The position numbers were made by a program, and so were the translations under genes. The notes beneath the pieces were generated by a model. It did not search any database. It was not told where the DNA came from and saw only the letters and a list, made by a program, of their open reading frames with translations. A stretch of DNA of 64,000 nt from a virus (taxonomy: Duplodnaviria > Caudoviricetes): positions 122,223 to 186,222 of IMG/VR virus record IMGVR_UViG_3300033076_000375, one strand, 5' to 3'. Shown here piece by piece: positions 61,688 to 64,000 of the stretch. Numbering within the stretch: the stretch's first letter is position 1; each line of letters starts with the position of its first letter.

Positions 61688-62912
61688 TGATACTACTAAT
61701 TTCGAAAATAGATTCGATTGGTAGTTGGGTACCTATGATTGTTGAAAATCTGTGTAGCATTTTTACGCCAGCATCACTGTAACCTGTCTCAGTTTGATTA
61801 CGCCAAACTCTAGTTTTGGGTTGGTCGTAGAATGGGACGTTGAACTCAAAATCAAATCTATCTACTATATATTGATTTGAATCGACTACCCAAAAATAAT
61901 CAGTAGTGGATATTTTAGCTGCATCCAAGTAAGAATCAGCTTTGATAGCTTTTGGTTCTTTCTCTAGTAACCTGTTGAAATTCTTATCGTTGGTGCCGAT
62001 GAAGAACACTTCGGGCGCTTCATTGTACTGATACTTGATAAAGTTTTGCTGTCCTCGTACGGTACATTGTATCTTCTCTCTGAATTCTTTGCTTTCTTCT
62101 ATGCCCAGAATATCTGTGATTCTATTATCTACCTTATTGAGTAAACTTGTTAGTCTGTTTACTTCTGTGAACAATGAGGATAAATTAAACGTTGTTTCGT
62201 TGAAGACTGCCTTCAAGTGGTCGCTATCTTTGATTTTGGTAAAGTCACCGTTGTGAACCATTGACATGTAGTAGCCCATACGAGCACCATAGATTGACCA
62301 CAACCCATTTGTTACATCACCACCGACATGCATCCAGCGCCATAGTCTCTCATAGTTCTTCCAGTTTATCTCAGATGAGTTGGTGACGATTTGATTGTTT
62401 TCCATGCACAACTTTGTACCTTCACGGAACCCAGCTTTGAACGCTTGTAAAGGACTAGCTGTAATGTCAGTGATTGACCCTACAAAGTTAAGCTCCAAAT
62501 AGTTCTTAAAGTCAAAGTCTACACTAGCCCCATCGGGTGCATTTTCATGGGTTCGCATCGACAAAATCTTCTCGACAGGCCAGACTTTGATGCTACCATT
62601 CCCGTAGCAGTTTCCGTTGACCGGGTTAAACGCACTATAACTTAAAACAGTAGTGCTCAAATCAACCGAATCAAGTAAGTTAAAAGTCTTAGTGAAAAAT
62701 TCAGGCTTGACAAAATTATCCCCATCGACTATAATCACGTTAGAAGTTTTAGAAAGTTTAGCACACTCTTTGTGTGCGGTGTCTGAACCCTTTACTCCAT
62801 GCACTCTTTGAGCAGTGGGGCAAAGAGACAAAAGGTGTTGATAGTTTTCTTCACAGTTCGGTTCATCGTAACTAAGAAAAATTACTGAATAGTCATTTGG
62901 GTTAAATATCAT
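61680..62912 (-). CDS. Glycosyltransferase-like protein (GT-A/DxD type)
   Basis: IFLSYDEPN, VHGVKGSDTAHK, IVDGDN; a degenerate second copy near the C-terminus (FWVVDS). Confidence 0.55.
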   Translation of the reverse strand: MIFNPNDYSVIFLSYDEPNCEENYQHLLSLCPTAQRVHGVKGSDTAHKECAKLSKTSNVIIVDGDNFVKPEFFTKTFNLLDSVDLSTTVLSYSAFNPVNGNCYGNGSIKVWPVEKILSMRTHENAPDGASVDFDFKNYLELNFVGSITDITASPLQAFKAGFREGTKLCMENNQIVTNSSEINWKNYERLWRWMHVGGDVTNGLWSIYGARMGYYMSMVHNGDFTKIKDSDHLKAVFNETTFNLSSLFTEVNRLTSLLNKVDNRITDILGIEESKEFREKIQCTVRGQQNFIKYQYNEAPEVFFIGTNDKNFNRLLEKEPKAIKADSYLDAAKISTTDYFWVVDSNQYIVDRFDFEFNVPFYDQPKTRVWRNQTETGYSDAGVKMLHRFSTIIGTQLPIESIFEISSINE

Positions 62913-62917
62913 AAAGA

Positions 62918-62924
62918 TATTTAG
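62918..62924 (-). promoter_or_regulatory. Late promoter motif CTAAATA (minus strand)
   Basis: TATTTAG 5 nt upstream of the minus-strand ATG at 62912. Confidence 0.55.
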
Positions 62925-62933
62925 CAACAAAGG

Positions 62934-62962
62934 TTGACAGTAAATGAGAAACCTGCTATACT
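62934..62962 (+). promoter_or_regulatory. Sigma70-type promoter P1
   Basis: TTGACA-17 nt-TATACT with extended -10 TG. Confidence 0.85.
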
Positions 62963-63032
62963 ATCTTCAACGTTGAGAAATCAACAAGAAACAGAGGTTG
63001 TGTGTTTCGGGCAACAAAGTTTGAAAAAGTTG

Positions 63033-63061
63033 TTGACAACTAATCAAATAGGTGCTACAAT
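63033..63061 (+). promoter_or_regulatory. Sigma70-type promoter P2
   Basis: TTGACA-17 nt-TACAAT with extended -10 TG. Confidence 0.85.
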
Positions 63062-63123
63062 ACATACATCTTAAACAAATTGAAAGAAAAAACGCCGTAA
63101 AAAGCACAATTTTTTAACCAGGA

Positions 63124-63130
63124 CTAAATA
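63124..63130 (+). promoter_or_regulatory. Late promoter motif CTAAATA
   Basis: GACTAAATA 7 nt upstream of the ATG at 63138. Confidence 0.55.
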
Positions 63131-63137
63131 GATTACT

Positions 63138-63305
63138 ATGAAAAATTTTAACTGTCATTCGCTAACGAACATAAGCATGTGGTCAACATTACCACAAGCT
63201 CAAGTGTTGGCCTTTGCAGGGAAAGCACAACCTAGTATTCGCGGCTCAGAGTATAATGATCCAAGAACACCAGGGAGTTTCATAGAAGGAGACGGTTACG
63301 CATAA
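63138..63305 (+). CDS. Putative attenuator leader peptide (55 aa)
   Basis: MKNFNCHSLTNISMWSTLPQAQVLAFAGKAQPSIRGSEYNDPRTPGSFIEGDGYA; 3' end overlaps the antiterminator arm. Confidence 0.6.
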   Translation: MKNFNCHSLTNISMWSTLPQAQVLAFAGKAQPSIRGSEYNDPRTPGSFIEGDGYA

Positions 63306-63341
63306 AGTGTGATGTCTTAAAAGAATCTAAGAAACCCCTGG
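63270..63341 (+). promoter_or_regulatory. Putative antiterminator hairpin
   Basis: CCAGGG-A-GTTTC-A-TAGA (63270-63286) pairs with TCTA-A-GAAAC-CCCTGG (63326-63341), 15 bp; the inner hairpin 63289-63318 has the TAA in its loop. Confidence 0.65.
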
Positions 63342-63371
63342 GAAACTAAAAAGTCTCAGGGGTTTTGTTTT
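63331..63371 (+). terminator. Intrinsic terminator
   Basis: GAAACCCCTGGGA...TCTCAGGGGTTTT stem followed by TTTTGTTTT. Confidence 0.8.
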
Positions 63372-63392
63372 GTAACAAAGGAGTTTGAAAGA

Positions 63393-63542
63393 TTGAACGA
63401 AACATTAGAAACGAAAACTTCCGACAAACGAGATTGGTATAAAGACAATCAGTTATCGGATAAAGAATTTAAACAAATGATTGAGGAAAAACTCAATCGT
63501 GTGAAAATTTATAGCAGGATTCATCCTGTTCGTAAGAAGTAA
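63393..63542 (+). CDS. Small charged hypothetical protein (49 aa)
   Basis: AAGGAG SD at 63378-63383, TTG start; MNETLETKTSDKRDWYKDNQLSDKEFKQMIEEKLNRVKIYSRIHPVRKK. Confidence 0.5.
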   Translation: MNETLETKTSDKRDWYKDNQLSDKEFKQMIEEKLNRVKIYSRIHPVRKK

Positions 63543-63758
63543 CACAAGTGTTAGAATGTAGTAACGTGGACTACGCAACACACTATAATAAGTTGCAAAC
63601 GGGCGGACTGTAGGATGAAGCTACTTTTGAGTAGTGAAAAATTACAGGCTAGGGTATAGCTCTAGCATAGCATCACAAGATGCTATTCACTAGTAATACT
63701 AGGATTAACATTACACTTCCCTTCTGACGGGGACTGCCTAGATTACTACTGAATAGCA
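63543..63758 (+). ncRNA. Candidate structured non-coding RNA(s) upstream of the tRNA array
   Basis: Chain of abutting hairpins plus a 21-bp interrupted stem at 63681-63758; no listed ORF. Confidence 0.4.
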
Positions 63759-63765
63759 AATTTGT

Positions 63766-63841
63766 TGGGGTATAGCCTAGCGGCCTAAGGCAACGGTCTT
63801 TGAAATCGTCATCATCAGTTCGAATCTGATTACCCCTGCCA
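63766..63841 (+). tRNA. trnQ: tRNA-Gln (TTG)
   Basis: Cloverleaf; anticodon arm ACGGT-CTTTGAA-ATCGT; T arm ATCAG-TTCGAAT-CTGAT; encoded CCA. Confidence 0.93.
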
Positions 63842-63850
63842 ACAATTTAT

Positions 63851-63926
63851 ACTCTGTTCGTCTATCGGTTTAGGACAGTGGCCTTTCAAGTCGCAAAGAC
63901 GGGTTCGATTCCCGTACAGAGTACCA
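63851..63926 (+). tRNA. trnE: tRNA-Glu (TTC)
   Basis: ACTCTGT/ACAGAGT acceptor stem; GTGGC-CTTTCAA-GTCGC; ACGGG-TTCGATT-CCCGT; CCA. Confidence 0.93.
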
Positions 63927-63933
63927 ATTATAT

Positions 63934-64000
63934 GCGTGGTTAGTTTAACGGTAAAATCAAACGTTGCCAACGTTTAGTCAAGGGTTCGACTCCCTTACCC
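63934..64000 (+). tRNA. trnG: tRNA-Gly (GCC), truncated by the window end
   Basis: AAACG-TTGCCAA-CGTTT anticodon arm; AAGGG-TTCGACT-CCCTT T arm. Confidence 0.88.

Noticed and set aside
63608-63647. Hammerhead ribozyme (GATGA...GAAA flanking a stem)
   Set aside because: Lacks the CUGANGA core and the third stem with a UH cleavage site.
63543-63758. tmRNA, RNase P RNA or T-box
   Set aside because: No tmRNA acceptor/T-arm ends, no GAGGAAAGUCC and no T-box UGGNACC motif found.
1-64000. Stop-codon reassignment
   Set aside because: Genes tile densely under the standard code with TAA/TGA stops and ATGA overlaps; conserved genes are not broken; no suppressor anticodon among the visible tRNAs.

Overview
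AT-rich segment of a large T4-like (myovirus-type, probably jumbo) phage genome using the standard code. There are four blocks. (1) 1-28.3 kb: + strand late virion genes, mostly modular tail-fibre/appendage proteins, small adaptor proteins, polyglycine-rich adhesin-like proteins and two giant multi-LamG lectin-like proteins. (2) 28.3-36.6 kb: nrdA, nrdB, glutaredoxin, PAAR, a 670-aa protein and a SleB-type cell-wall hydrolase. (3) 36.6-62.9 kb: a 26-kb island of about 32 mostly modification enzymes on alternating strands (9 radical SAM, about 11 Fe(II)/2OG-type oxygenases, 3 methyltransferases, 2 acetyltransferases, 2 kinase-like proteins, a minimal adenylation enzyme, a QueC-like protein and a glycosyltransferase-like protein), mostly served by back-to-back TAAATA late-promoter motifs. 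(4) 62.9-64 kb: two near-consensus sigma70 promoters, a 55-codon leader ORF containing all 20 amino acids, mutually exclusive antiterminator/terminator hairpins, a small ORF, structured RNA elements and the start of a tRNA array (Gln, Glu, Gly). The most striking signal is this apparent ribosome-coupled attenuator in front of the tRNA array, a candidate translation-stress sensor that switches on phage tRNAs. All product calls come from motif recognition by eye; no searches were run.
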